The translations under genes were made by a program, and so were the position numbers. Shown here piece by piece: positions 25,546 to 37,623 of a DNA stretch of 64,000 nt; position 1 is the stretch's first letter; each line of letters opens with the position of its first letter. The stretch comes from Podarcis tiliguerta (taxonomy: Eukaryota): the NCBI GenBank assembly GCA_965153285.1, contig OZ229116.1, one strand, 5' to 3'. The notes beneath the pieces were generated by a model that was not told the DNA's origin, made no database searches, and saw only the letters and a program-made list of their open reading frames with translations.

Positions 25546-27779
25546 ACAAATCAGTATTAGTGGCATACAAATGTTCCTTCCTTCTTATTTTCCCTATTTT
25601 TTTGGCTCTATAATAAAGTAGGATTCGTTTGCATTTTGCTGATATTGCATTGTAATATTTTTTTCCTTGAAAAGTTAGTGTCTCGTAACCACATCACAGT
25701 ATTTTTTTAAAGAAATAAAGCCTAGGTAGAGAATACATATTGACTTAATTGGCCAAAATTAAATCAAAATTGTTTGGCTCCCCTAGAGTTTTGTACTAGG
25801 TTACCCACATTGTTAGAAGTGTTCTACTCATTTTATAAACTCTTATTTTTGTTTCTTGGCCATTTGTCCTTGACTATGTTTTCACAAGGGGCCAAAGGGG
25901 CCGTCCTCACTGGCAAGTTTATATTGTCACCAGTCCACAGTCCTCCTGTCACCCTATACAATGAAGGCCAGGCCACAGTCACAGTGCTGACAGCCTGAGA
26001 GCTGACCAAAATCCCTCTGCCACGTCAAGAAATAAAAAGGAAGAACAGGAAGTGTCAGAAATGATGGGTCATGATTATTGGAAGTCACAAGATAACCTAT
26101 CTACATATGCCCAAGTCAGTCTTGCACTGTTTTGTTAGGGTCCATCTGATTATGTTTCCTGTATGCTGAGCTTTAGATTGTAAGTTCCTCGGAGCACAGA
26201 CATATCCTCTTTCACTCTATAAAATACCATGCACACTGATGGTGCTATTTGAATAGTTAAGGGCGACCAATCATAAGTTTCAGTGCATACTTTATTCATG
26301 GAGCTCTAATTCAAACAGTGAAGTGGTTCGATCCAGAGAAATTAATTTCTTCCTCAATCTGTCAGCCTTTAAAGGCCTGAGGAGTTCTTTATTCTAAAGA
26401 ATATTAAAAAGAATCTTTATGAAAACAATGAGTTGTTGGGATTTTTCAGGGAAGCGGGCGTGCTGACAAATTGAATAGCATATCTGGAGTCTGAAGTTGA
26501 AGAGCTCTGTTCTCTCAGAGCAGCACATTTCCCTGCTCATTATTTGCACAACAACCCTGTGACGTAGAATAAGCTAAGGGATAGTGATGGTCCAATTGCT
26601 GAAATGGTTTTCAGCAATGATACTGCTTAAACAAATGGAAGCAGAAATGTAGCTGTTTGGTCATGTAATTCCAAACTGTTCTTATCATCTGGTTTTACTT
26701 TGCCATTACAAATAAAATTAAGATACATGATGCTAATCACACATTATAAAAAGACATTTTCTCACTTGATCTGAGCCCAAATTATTCCTGTTTTCCCTGA
26801 AAGCCCACCATTACTGTAATTCCACCTTATTTTTAAGAATGGGAAACAAAAAAGATGCTATTGCAAAAACTACCTATGTAAATATTTTCAGGATTACTTT
26901 CTCCTATCCTGTTCTTATCACACTGGAATCTTGAAGCTCTGGTCGTAATATATATGGTTGTATCGCCTCTATAATACAGATTAGGCTGAATGATAATGAG
27001 TGGGCCTAGCCTACGTTGTGCAATTTGTGGCTGAATGGACATCTGAAGCCACTTCTAAGATTGTTGCTGCTATGTCATCATCATGATCCTACCCAATAGT
27101 ATGTCCCGCCAAATAGTTTTTAATTTTAAAAAGTGTCGGTAATGACTAATTGTTAATGCAGGATATCCCTTGAAAACTTGACCAGAGTTCATAGAAATGT
27201 CAGGGATTTCCACAGTGATAGCGATTTGAAAGGAACCAATGTGCTGAAATACATGCATGTCAGAGCTGCCTAGAGACTAGGGTACATCATAGGACACAGG
27301 CATCTAGCCAAGCTTCCTACACCCTTTCCTGCAAAGCTACATCACAATTAAAGAGATTTAAGCCTACATATCCAAAATACCTTCTCCTCAGGGAAAGATT
27401 CAAACAGCAAAGGACGTCAACTAGACAGATCCCTTCACTTCTCAAAGTAAGGGAAGAGTGAATTCCCCACACCTCCTACTGCGCTGTAATATTCTTACAA
27501 ATATTGTAAGTATGAAATGAATTTTATACTTTTTTATACGTTTAATACTTTTATACATTTTTATTGTAAGCAAAATTGTACCTGTCTTGAGCCTGGGTGG
27601 AAGGATAGGCAAGTAATTCAATTAAGAAAGAGAACAGATAAATATATAGAAGTGCACAGAGCAATCAAGCCCCATTGTCTCTTTACATGGTGTCCTATAG
27701 TATAATGCCATGCATTCAAACAAGAAAGGAATACAAGAGCATCAGTTACAAAGATTCTTAAGGCTTCCATGTGACTCAC

Positions 27780-30137
27780 CTCTCCAGATAAATTTGGAAC
27801 CAGCTCCTTTGCATTTCCTACTCCTGTGTTCACAGCAAAGACAGGAATATTGGGACTGAAAACCATGAGGTCATTCTTGATACCAGCTTCCCCAGCCACA
27901 CATCCCAGGTTGCGACTATGACGTTGTGAATATGACCAGCTACCCACTTCACTGGCGCACACTAGTGTGGCTGTGCCAGGACCATACCTGGAACTGTCCT
28001 CGAGCTGAGACTGGCATCGCAGAGCCACATACACAACGATGGCAAGCAGGAACAAGCTGGACACTGAGCAGATGGCAATGATCAGGTAAATGTTTGTAGT
28101 GTCCACCAGAGGCTTTAGGCTCCCTCCCATTCTGGAGAGGTGGGCATCAGCTTGAGCAGCCTGGGTGCTTGCCACGAGGGAAATACTCAACGTAGCTGTG
28201 GTTGACTGTGCAGGCCTGCCATGATCCTTCACCAGCACCAACAGAATCATGCTATTGCCTACCCCCTCTGTCTCATCCAGCGCATGTGTAGTACTAATCT
28301 CACCACTGTACAACCCCACACGCCAGGAGCTACTACTTCCTTCATGCAGCTCATAGTGCAACCAGGCATTGTAGCCCGAGTCAGCATCCAGGGCATGGAT
28401 CTTGCCCACCATGTGTCCTGCGGTAACAGGAACTACCAGCAGGATGGGGGCCTCTGCTGCCTTGGAAACTTCAGGTGCATTATCATTCTCATCCACCACA
28501 AAGACTTGCACTGTCACATTGCCACACAAAGAGGGCAGCCCAGCATCCTTGGCCCTCACTTGGAACTCCAGCAGCTTCACCTCCTCATAGTCCAAGGGCT
28601 GAAGAGCATAGAGCTTCCCACTCTCTGAGTGCACCGAGATGTAGCTTGACAGGGGCCAGAGCTTGTCATCCAGCCAGTAGCTAACCAGGGCGTTTTCAGC
28701 CACATCTGAGTCTGAGGCAGACACCGTGAAGATGTGAGCACCTGGTGGGTTGTTCTCCTTCACAAAGACAGTGTAGGAGGGCTGAGGAAAAGCAGGTGCA
28801 TTGTCATTCACATCACCGATGGGCACCACCAAGCTGCTGCTAGCTGACAATGATGGAGTCCCTTGGTCTTGGGCTGTCACCACCAGTCTGTATTCAGCCA
28901 CCTCCTCGCGGTCCAGGGATTCAGCCAGCACCAGTGAGTAGTAATTCTTAAAGGTGGATATCAGCCTGAAGGGAAGTCCATGTGGCCACAGGGAGCAACT
29001 AACTTGAGCATTGATGCCTGCATCACTGTCCGATATACTCATCAGGGCCACCACTGTCCCCAGTGGGGAGTCCTCAGGCACTGGCACAGACATGGATGTC
29101 ACAGACAGTTCTGGAGCATTGTCATTCACATCCAAAACCTGGATCAGAACTTTGCAGTGTCCGACCAAAGAGTAGGACCCTTGATCAGCAGCTTCCACTT
29201 GCAATTCAAATAAGTTAATATCTTCAAAGTCTATCTTTCCTTTGGTTTTGATTTCACCTGTGTTGGAATCTATGGAAAAAACCTGCCTTAAATGGGGAGG
29301 CATCATATTGCTAAACGAATACAGTATTTCTTTATTTGTTCCTTCATCCAAGTCATAAGCAGTCAAAGTAATGACTGATGTTCCCTCTGTGATGTTTTCC
29401 AGCAGGTGCACCTCATACACAGACTGGTTAAACATTGGTACATTATCATTTACATCTAGTACAGTTATTTTCAGCTGCACTGAACCAGTTAGCTCTGGTT
29501 GTCCCCCATCAGTGGCAGTAAGCAATAAATGATGTACAGAGATTTTTTCTCGATCCAGGGCATTGTATAGCACAAGTGCTAAAGATTTACTGAGATCTCC
29601 ATGCTTTTCTTCACGTAGCTGAAAATGATCATTTGGACTAAGGATGTAGGTAAGCAGACCATTTGAACCAATATCAGCATCCGAAGCTCCCTCTAGTGGA
29701 AAATAGGAGCCCAGCAGCCTAGATTCCAAAATAAATAGTTGGTGTTCGTTTACTGGGAAAATGGGGGCATTGTCATTTATGTCCCTGATCTCCACCTCTG
29801 CATGGAAGATCCTGAGAGGCTTGTCCACAATCATCTCTAGATGAATGATGCAAATGGGACTCTGAGCACACAGCTGCTCCCTGTCAATTCGGGAATTCAC
29901 AAACAAAACACCATTCTGTACATTTACCTCAAAATAGTCCTCCTGTCCTTTGGAAACCATCCGGAACATCCGAGGCACCAGCTCCTCCACCTCCAGCCCC
30001 AGATCCTGGGCAATGCGGCCCACAAAGGTGCCATGCTGGGATTCCTCAGGAATGGAATAATGGAGCTGGCCGCTCCCCACCATCCAGGCTGTGTGAAGCA
30101 CCATCAGCTGCAGCAGCTGCCTTCTCTCTGTCTCCAT
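27780..30137 (-). CDS. PCDHA: Protocadherin-alpha variable exon V4
   Basis: ORF 27618-30137; six cadherin repeats plus TM; donor GAG|GTGAGT after 27780 (2358 nt, phase 0). Confidence 0.95.
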
Positions 30138-30365
30138 TGAGCTGTGGTTTCTTAGAATGATGGCCAGAATGTGAGGTTTCCTGAGGCTATGAATTCATCC
30201 TTTGGTTAATGAAAATTGCTCTTGAAAAGGTGGAATCTGCTTTGTCTGTTATATTTTGATGGTATCTGGGGTTTTCCTCCGGATTCTTGCATCAAATGAT
30301 TTGCTTTCCATCTGAGGGCAGGGCAGCAAATCCCCTTAGGTTTCCTGAAGAGATTTTGTAGGCAA

Positions 30366-30380
30366 GAGTGACACCATGTG
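30366..30380 (-). promoter_or_regulatory. V4 promoter CSE / CTCF site (CpG-free variant)
   Basis: CACATGGTGTCACTC, 229 bp upstream of the ATG. Confidence 0.75.
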
Positions 30381-30559
30381 TCTGAATTCGCAAGCACAGT
30401 GGTTTAGCAGGGCTTCCAAAATTGTTTTTCCTGGTTTACAGACTCTTCTGATATTTTAATTATTGAATAATTTTTAATCAACCTCATTATTTTGTTAATA
30501 GATTATACAGTGTTTATCTTCCCAGATTATTCACCAGGGCAGGGCAGTCTAAATATGTA

Positions 30560-31075
30560 ACACCAATTCCAGCATGATTGTACCCGCTACTAATTACCGG
30601 TAGCTTCCAGGCTCAATTCAAAATGCTGGTTTTGATCTATAAATTCTTATGTGACTCAGCACCCCAATACCTAAAGGACCATCAATCCCCACATGAACTG
30701 ATCCAAAGCCTGTGATCATCCTCTGAGGCCCTTCTTCATATGCCCCCCCCCCCCCCACAGGAGGTCTGAATTGTAGCAACACAAGAACAGGCCTTTTCTG
30801 TGGTGGCTCCCCATTTATGAAATGTTCTCCCTAGGGAGACTTGCCTGGTGCTCTCTTTATTTTTAGGTGCCAGGCAAAAACTTTCCTTTTTATCTGGACT
30901 TTGGGCCCTTAATTTCTAGGGTTTCCAGTGCCCCTCTTAGTGTAAGACCTGTCTTTTTTGATATAGATGTGTTGGTTAGGTTTTTTTATTGGCTGTGTTT
31001 GTTGTAATTGGTTTTGGTGTTTATATTTGTTTTTGCTTATAGTCACTTTTGTGAGGAAAGTGACTAATGATGATA
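30560..31075 (+). mobile_element. L2-like LINE 3' fragment
   Basis: FQAQFKMLVLIYK and RAFSVVAP-like motifs. Confidence 0.6.
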
Positions 31076-31089
31076 ATGATGGCATAAAG

Positions 31090-31925
31090 CCAGTGTGGTG
31101 CGGTGGTTAGAGTGTCAAGACAAGAACCTGGGAGACCCAGGTTCAAATCCCCAGTCAGCCATGATCCTCACTGGCTGGCCTTTTTTTAAAAAAAAATCAT
31201 TTTTATTAAGTTTTACAATAAGAGCAACACACAAACACAAAACAGCAAAAAATACAAATAAGAAAAATAAAAACAAAAACTATTTTTATCCTCATTATAT
31301 TCTTGGCATTAACTTATTTCATCGACCTCCCCAGACCTTCCTTCCCTGTATTCCCAATCTTATATTCTATCAGCAAATTCCTTCCCTCTGTCTTAATTTA
31401 ATTTTGTCATAATTTTACTATCTTAATATAACTATATTTCCTTATATCTTGAAATATTGGGTCTTTTTTACTCTTTCAACTTTTTACTAATAACCTTTTA
31501 CATTCAGTCTGATGTCATCAAACATTCATTATCTTATAGTGTTTCTGTAAATAGTCTTTGAACTTCCTCCAATCTTCCTTCACCGTCTCTTCTCCCTGGT
31601 CTCTGATTCTGCCAGTCATCTCTGCCAATTCCATATAGTCCATAACTTTCATCTGCCATTCTTCCAGCGTGGGTAACTCCTGTGTCTTCCAATACTGCGC
31701 GATGAGTATTCTTGCTGCTGTTGTAGCATACATAAAAAATGTCCTGTCTTTCTTATGCACCTGTTGGCCGACCATGCCCAGGAGAAAGGCCTCTGGTTTC
31801 GATCCTCACTGGCTGGCCTTGGACCAGTCACCGACTTTCAGCTCAACCAACTTCACAGTGCTGTTGTGAGGATAATATGGAAAGAGGCAGAACAAGGTGT
31901 GCCACCTTGAACTCCTTGGTGGGAT
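31090..31925 (+). mobile_element. MIR-like tRNA-derived SINE split by an L1 insertion
   Basis: A/B-box head TGGTGCGGTGGTTAGAG..GGTTCAAATCC (31096-31150); the body continues at 31801-31925. Confidence 0.7.
31183..31800 (-). mobile_element. Young 5'-truncated L1-clade LINE 3' end
   Basis: Open ORF2 C-terminus (31518-31775, AARILIAQYWK..PTLEEW); poly(A)/AATAAA on minus at about 31183-31207; perfect 20-bp TSD GATCCTCACTGGCTGGCCTT (31163-31182, 31801-31820). Confidence 0.85.
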
Positions 31926-31929
31926 ATTT

Positions 31930-32340
31930 TAAAAGGTAATAAACAAATGACAATATTGGCAATTTGATTTGCAATTGCTTGCAATTCACATTTTTCACAG
32001 CCGCTGTGCACCGGACTGGCACCTTCATCACACTGTCCACTATCATCCCAAGGTCTCGTTCTTGGTCTGTAACTGCCAGGTTAGATCCCATGAGCATAAA
32101 CACGGAGAAGGGGTTGCCTCAATGTGCATTGATTTCCACTTGCTTACACTGAACTGCATTTGGCTCTTTACTCTCATTCACCCAGTTAGAAGAAATACTT
32201 TCAGAGAAAAGTGAAATCCCTCCTTGTTTTAACCCTCTGATGAACAATTTGGTATCATTAGCAAACTGACGACCTCACTATTCACACCTAATTCTAGATA
32301 ACTTATGATCAAATTAAAAGTGCAGGTCCTGATTCCTGGA
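31930..32340 (-). mobile_element. CR1 LINE RT fragment
   Basis: LMGS.LAVTDQERDLG.IVDS.MK..C.AAVK (ORF 31843-32103) and an FANDTKL motif at about 32245-32265. Confidence 0.75.
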
Positions 32341-33539
32341 CCAGCTCCAGAGACAGTCAAGGTGGTTCCTGACCTATCTATAGGGCTTAGTGCAGTGGAA
32401 AATGTTACATATTACACACATTACAACACATATTACACCTGTGCTGAAAAGCCTGCACTGACTGTTAACTTGTCCATAACTACAGATAATATTGATAAAG
32501 GCAGTCTGTTCATCTGGTCCCCCAAACCAGGGCTGGGTAGGTTTCATTTATAGGTGTAGTGGTTTTGCCTCTGGTCAGATGGAATACACACCATGCCTTT
32601 AAAGCTACAAGCCCCAGCACCCTTAACAAACTACAGTTGCCAAGATTCTTTGAGGCTTTGAATATAAAGCAATGGTACGTACACAGACAGAATCTCAGGT
32701 CTATAGTTGGGCTCGTCCACACTAGAGCATAATTTGTATTTGAAGCTGCTTGTGTTCTCATTAATTTAACTCCATCCACATGTTGTCCAAGCAAAGAACT
32801 GTGATCTCACACATTTTACCTTCAAAATTCAGATTTCCCCAATCCAGAGATAATTGAGTAAGTTCCCCCAAACCTCTGCACTTTGGGTAATGGATGCTTT
32901 GCATCCGGGGTGTTCCTGTGAGTGGATCAATCCTTCAATTTAATTCTTCCCCTTCCCGTCTCCAATTTTTATTTCTTTTCTGGCAGCACTTGTGCTTACC
33001 TCCAGCAGCCTCCCTCCAGCAGCAAGAACTGCCTTGAATTGTTTATTTATTTTTCATCACCCCAAATAATAGACGGGGGGGGGAGAGCATTAAAAATAAA
33101 AATTGTCCTTCCAGTTATGGGGCGCAGGAAAAAGAATGAGAAAAGAAGTGCAACCTTGCCTGACTTGGAGCAACACGTTTTTTTAGACTACTGTTTTGCG
33201 CAAATCTTTTTACAACATTGTATTTCACAATTTTTTAAAAAAATTAAAAGGTACTATTCACAGGAAAACAATACCTGTCTACATGCCCAGAAATGACCTC
33301 ACATTTTCTGGCTTGGAGGGACACACACAAATATTCATTAAAATTCTTTTGACTGGAAATCTGGAATATTTGAAAACTTGAATTTCTAAAAATAAAGAAG
33401 TTCCCTAAAAATTAAACAAATGGTGCACATGCCAACACTCAACTCCACGTATCCAGAACTTAGCAAGGGTGGGAAAGTACTAGCAGCATCCTCCCTACAA
33501 CTACAAATGAAAAATTAAATAAAATAAAGACCAGGAACC

Positions 33540-34455
33540 CACAACAGGTATTCAGAAGCCTCTGACTGTGGAAACACAGGATAGCCATCATGACTAGCAG
33601 TTATCAACAGCCCTCTCCTCCTCGAATTTGCCCTGTCTTCTTTTAAAGCCACCTAGGTTGATGGCCATCCCTGCCTCCTGGGGGCATGGATTCCCCAGCT
33701 TGACTATGTGCTGTGTGAAAAAGTACTTTCTGTTATCTCTCCTAAATCTTCCAACCTCCACCAGTTCCAGTGCTATGAGAGGGAGAAAAACTTTTGAAGG
33801 AATGACCGCCAGGTGTGGAGCACACTTCCACCCACAGACAGACCTCAGCTGTCTGACCGTGTGACTTTCGGGTGTGGCGCACACTTCCATCTGCAGACAA
33901 AGCCACAGCTGTCTGAACATCATGCCCTCTGTCTAACCTTTGCTCTCTTAGTGGTCTGTCGTGCCCTGTCTGTGACCTTTGTCTTCTTCATCATACATTG
34001 TTCAAGGGGAAAATGACACAGTGGAAACAGGTGCCAAAATAACTTTGTACCACCCCTCAATCTCGGGATTGGAAGATGTGTAAAAGTCACAGTCCAAAAT
34101 GTATCTGACTGGTTTTGCAAATTGTGTTAATAAAAGGAGCCTCTACAGAGCTAGCCGGCAGCTTGTCTTGGAGCATGCTTGCCAGTGTGCTTCTGCTCAG
34201 CTCACCTGCATCCAACCTCCTGTCGTCCTCCATTATTCCTATAACTTTTCTCTCTCCACTTTCTCCATGCCATGCATATGTTATACACTATTTTATATTC
34301 TATCATGTCTCCTCTTACTCACCTTTACTCTGAACTAAAAAGTTCCAAATGCTGCAACATTTCCTTATAAGGGAGTTGCTCCGTCCCCTTGATCATTTTG
34401 GTTGCAATTTTCCAAACTTTCCCCAACTCTGCAATATTCTTTTTAGATTAAGGAA
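33540..34455 (-). mobile_element. CR1 3' fragment interrupted by an LTR
   Basis: GRFRRDNRKYFFTQ..V.L motif (ORF 33594-33923); the CR1 sequence resumes after 34245. Confidence 0.7.
33795..34244 (+). mobile_element. Probable solo LTR (about 450 bp) inserted in CR1
   Basis: CTTT TSD on both sides; imperfect terminal inverted ends TGAAGGAAT / ATTCCTATAA; internal repeat of about 46 bp at 60-bp period (33811-33856, 33871-33916); AATAAA near 34128. Confidence 0.55.
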
Positions 34456-34577
34456 CTAAGAAAAGAATTCTCATGTTACCTTCCGAGCCAAATGCAGAAG
34501 AAGGAACAGATCTCTTTGTCTTGCTCCTGTCAGAGGATATTCATCAAAAAACAAGCAACTGAAAAAGGCAAATTACA

Positions 34578-34831
34578 GCTGAGGCTCCAATACTTTGGCC
34601 ACCTCCTAAGAAAAGAAGACGCCCTGGAAAAGACCCTGGTGTTGGGAAAGATTGAGGGCACAAGGAGAAGGGGACGACAGAGGACAAGATGGTTGGATAG
34701 TGTTCTCGAAGCTACTAACATGAGTTTGACCAAACTGCGGGAGGCAGTGGAAGACAGGAGTGCCTGGCGTGCTCTGGTCCATGGGGTCACGAGGAGTCGG
34801 ACACAAGTAAACAACTAAACAACAACAACAA
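34578..34831 (+). mobile_element. RTE-BovB LINE 3' end
   Basis: LRLQYFGHLLRKEDALEKTLVLGKIEGTRRRGRQRTRWLD..WRALVHGVTRSRT plus a (CAA)n tail. Confidence 0.9.
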
Positions 34832-35052
34832 TCTTCCAAATAACCAAGTATAAATCAAGGATCATTTGAAAGGTGTTGCTTTCTGACCAAATACAAATAC
34901 AAAATCCCTTACCAGTATTTGGAATATTAGTGGCATACGTCTTAAGGTGATTCATATGGACCTTGGAAACATTAAAATGTAAAGAAAATGTATTCCGGTT
35001 ATTGAACAAATGTTCTGAACAAACTATATGAATTAAAAGAGGGGTTACTAAC

Positions 35053-37413
35053 CGTTGCACAGAGCAGATCCTGTGGTTTTCCATTTTCTGCATAAGCAGG
35101 TATGTTGGGGCTGAAAACCATGAGGTCACTTTTGGCATTGGAGTCTCCTGTCACGCCCAAGATGTGACTGTGACGATTTGAATAGGACCAGCTGCCCACC
35201 TCACTGGCACACACCAGCGTGGCTGTTCCAGGACCATACACCATGGCCTCCTTAGGCTGGCAATGGCACCGCAGGGCCATATAGGCGATGATGGCCAGCA
35301 GGAACAAGCTGGACACTGCACAGATGGCTATGATGAGGTAGATGTTCATGTTATCCGACAGGGGATTGGGGCTCCCTCCTCTTCTGGGAAGGCGGGCATC
35401 AGCTGGGAGGGCTTGGGCACTGGCCACCAACGAAATACTCAGCGTGGCGGTGGCTGACAAAGCGGGCTTCCCATGGTCCTTCACCACAACCAGCAAACTA
35501 TGACTGCTGCTGCCCTCTGCCTCCTCCAGGGCACGTGTTGTACTGATCTCACCACTGTACAGTCCCACCCGCCAAAGCCTACTGGACCCCTCATGCATCT
35601 CATAGCGCAGCCATGCGTTGTAGCCGGAGTCAGCATCCAGGGCACGGATCTTGCCCACCACATGCCCAGCTGTCAGGGGGACCACCAGCAGGGTGGGAGC
35701 CTCTTCTACTGGTACAGTCACAGCTGGCACATTGTCGTTCTCATCTACCACAAAGACTTGCACTGTCACATTGCCACACAGGGAGGGCAGCCCAGCATCC
35801 TTGGCCCTCACTTGGAACTCCAGCAGCTTCACCTCCTCATAATCCAAGGGCTGAAGAGCATAGAGCTTCCCACTTTCTGAGTGCACCGAGATGTAGCTTG
35901 ACAGGGGCCAGAGCTTCTCGTCCAGCCAGTAGCTGATCAGGCTGTTCTCAGCCACATCTGGGTCCGAGGCAGACACCGTGAAGATGTGAGCACCTGGTGG
36001 GTTGTTCTCCTTCACAAAGACTGTGTAGGAAGACTGAGGAAAAGCAGGAGCGTTGTCATTCACGTCACCAATGGGTACCACCAGGGTGCTGCTGGTTGAT
36101 AGTGATGGAGTCCCTTGATCCTGGGCAGTCACTACCAGCTTATATTCTGCTTCCCGCTCCCGGTCCAGGGGCTCTGCCACCACCAGAGAGTAGTAATTCT
36201 TGAAAGTGGACAATAGCTTGAAGGGTAAGTGGGAGGGCGTCACAGAGCAGCTCACTTGCCCGTTAGCCCCAGAGTCCCTGTCTGAGATGCTGATCAGAGC
36301 CACCACTGTCCCTGGTGGGGAGTCCTCTGCAACTGGCACAGATAGAGACTTCAGTGACATCTCAGGGCTATTGTCATTCACATCCAAAACCTTAATGAGA
36401 ACTTTGCAATGTCCAGACAAAGGATAAGCACCTTTATCTCTTGCTTCAATTTGAATATCATATGTTGTACTCTCTTCAAAATCCACAGTTCCTTTCACTC
36501 TAAGTTCTCCATTATTAGGATCTATGCTAAACATTTCCTTTATACTTGGAGCAACAAGGTTGCTAAGTGAATAGGAAATCTCTTTATTAATCCCCTCATC
36601 CAAATCGCTTGCCTCCAGTTTAATAACTAATGTTCCCATTGCAGAGTTTTCCAATAATTCAGTTTTGTAAACTGATTGGTTAAAGGCAGGTGCATTGTCA
36701 TTGACATCGACCACAGTGATGATCAGCAGGATTGTGCCTGTGAGTGCTGGCTGCCCACTATCTGATGCTGAAAGGAGCAGGTGATGCTCTGCAGATACTT
36801 CACGATCCAGTGGTCTTTTTAATGTCAGAACCAAAGACTTGCTGTGCTCATAATTCTTTATCTCTTCCACAGAAAAATATTCATTGGGGCTGAGCTTGTA
36901 GTTTACCTGGCCATTGCTACCAATGTCTGCATCAGAAGCTTCTTCTATTGGGAAATGGGAACCTGGCACTCTCGATTCTAAGACAGCTAAATTCTGCTCT
37001 CTGACTGAGAAAACAGGGGCATTGTCATTTATGTCTGCAATCTCCACTTCCACATGGAAGACAGTCAGGGGTTTATCCACAATCACCTCCAGGTGAATGC
37101 TGCATATCGGGCTTTTACCACACAGCTCCTCCCTGTCTATCCGAGAATTAACAAACAAAATCCCATTCTGCTCATTTACCTTGAAATAGTCCCCATCTCC
37201 TTGGGACTCCATCCGGAACATCCTAGGCATGAGCTCTTCCACCTCCAGCCCCAGATCCTGGGCGATGCGGCCCACAAAGGTGCCATGCTGGGATTCCTCA
37301 GGCACGGAATAATGGAGCTGGCCGCTCCCCATCAACCAGGCTGTGTGAAGCAAAATCAGCTGCAGCAGCTGCCTTCTCCCCACTGAAGAACAGTCTCCGC
37401 ATGGAGCAACCAT
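35053..37413 (-). CDS. PCDHA: Protocadherin-alpha variable exon V5
   Basis: ORF 34999-37413; donor ACG|GTTAGT after 35053 (2361 nt, phase 0). Confidence 0.95.
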
Positions 37414-37608
37414 CTCAGAAATATTTCATATATTTTATATATTACTTCATGTCACAGCTTTATAAAATATTTTTTTGAAAAAATTAATCCAGCTCCATAA
37501 TATCCATTTTGCTCATCCATCCATTTCAAGCACGGAGAGATATCTGATGACAAAGAAGAGGAAGAGCCTTGTGTACACCCTTTATTCTTAGCAAGATATT
37601 TAAGCAGA

Positions 37609-37623
37609 GAGCGACATCGTGCG
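37609..37623 (-). promoter_or_regulatory. V5 promoter CSE / CTCF site
   Basis: CGCACGATGTCGCTC, 196 bp upstream of the ATG. Confidence 0.8.

Noticed and set aside
33811-33916. Repeat-spacer-repeat pattern (CRISPR-like)
   Set aside because: Only two imperfect units, inside a probable LTR in eukaryotic DNA.
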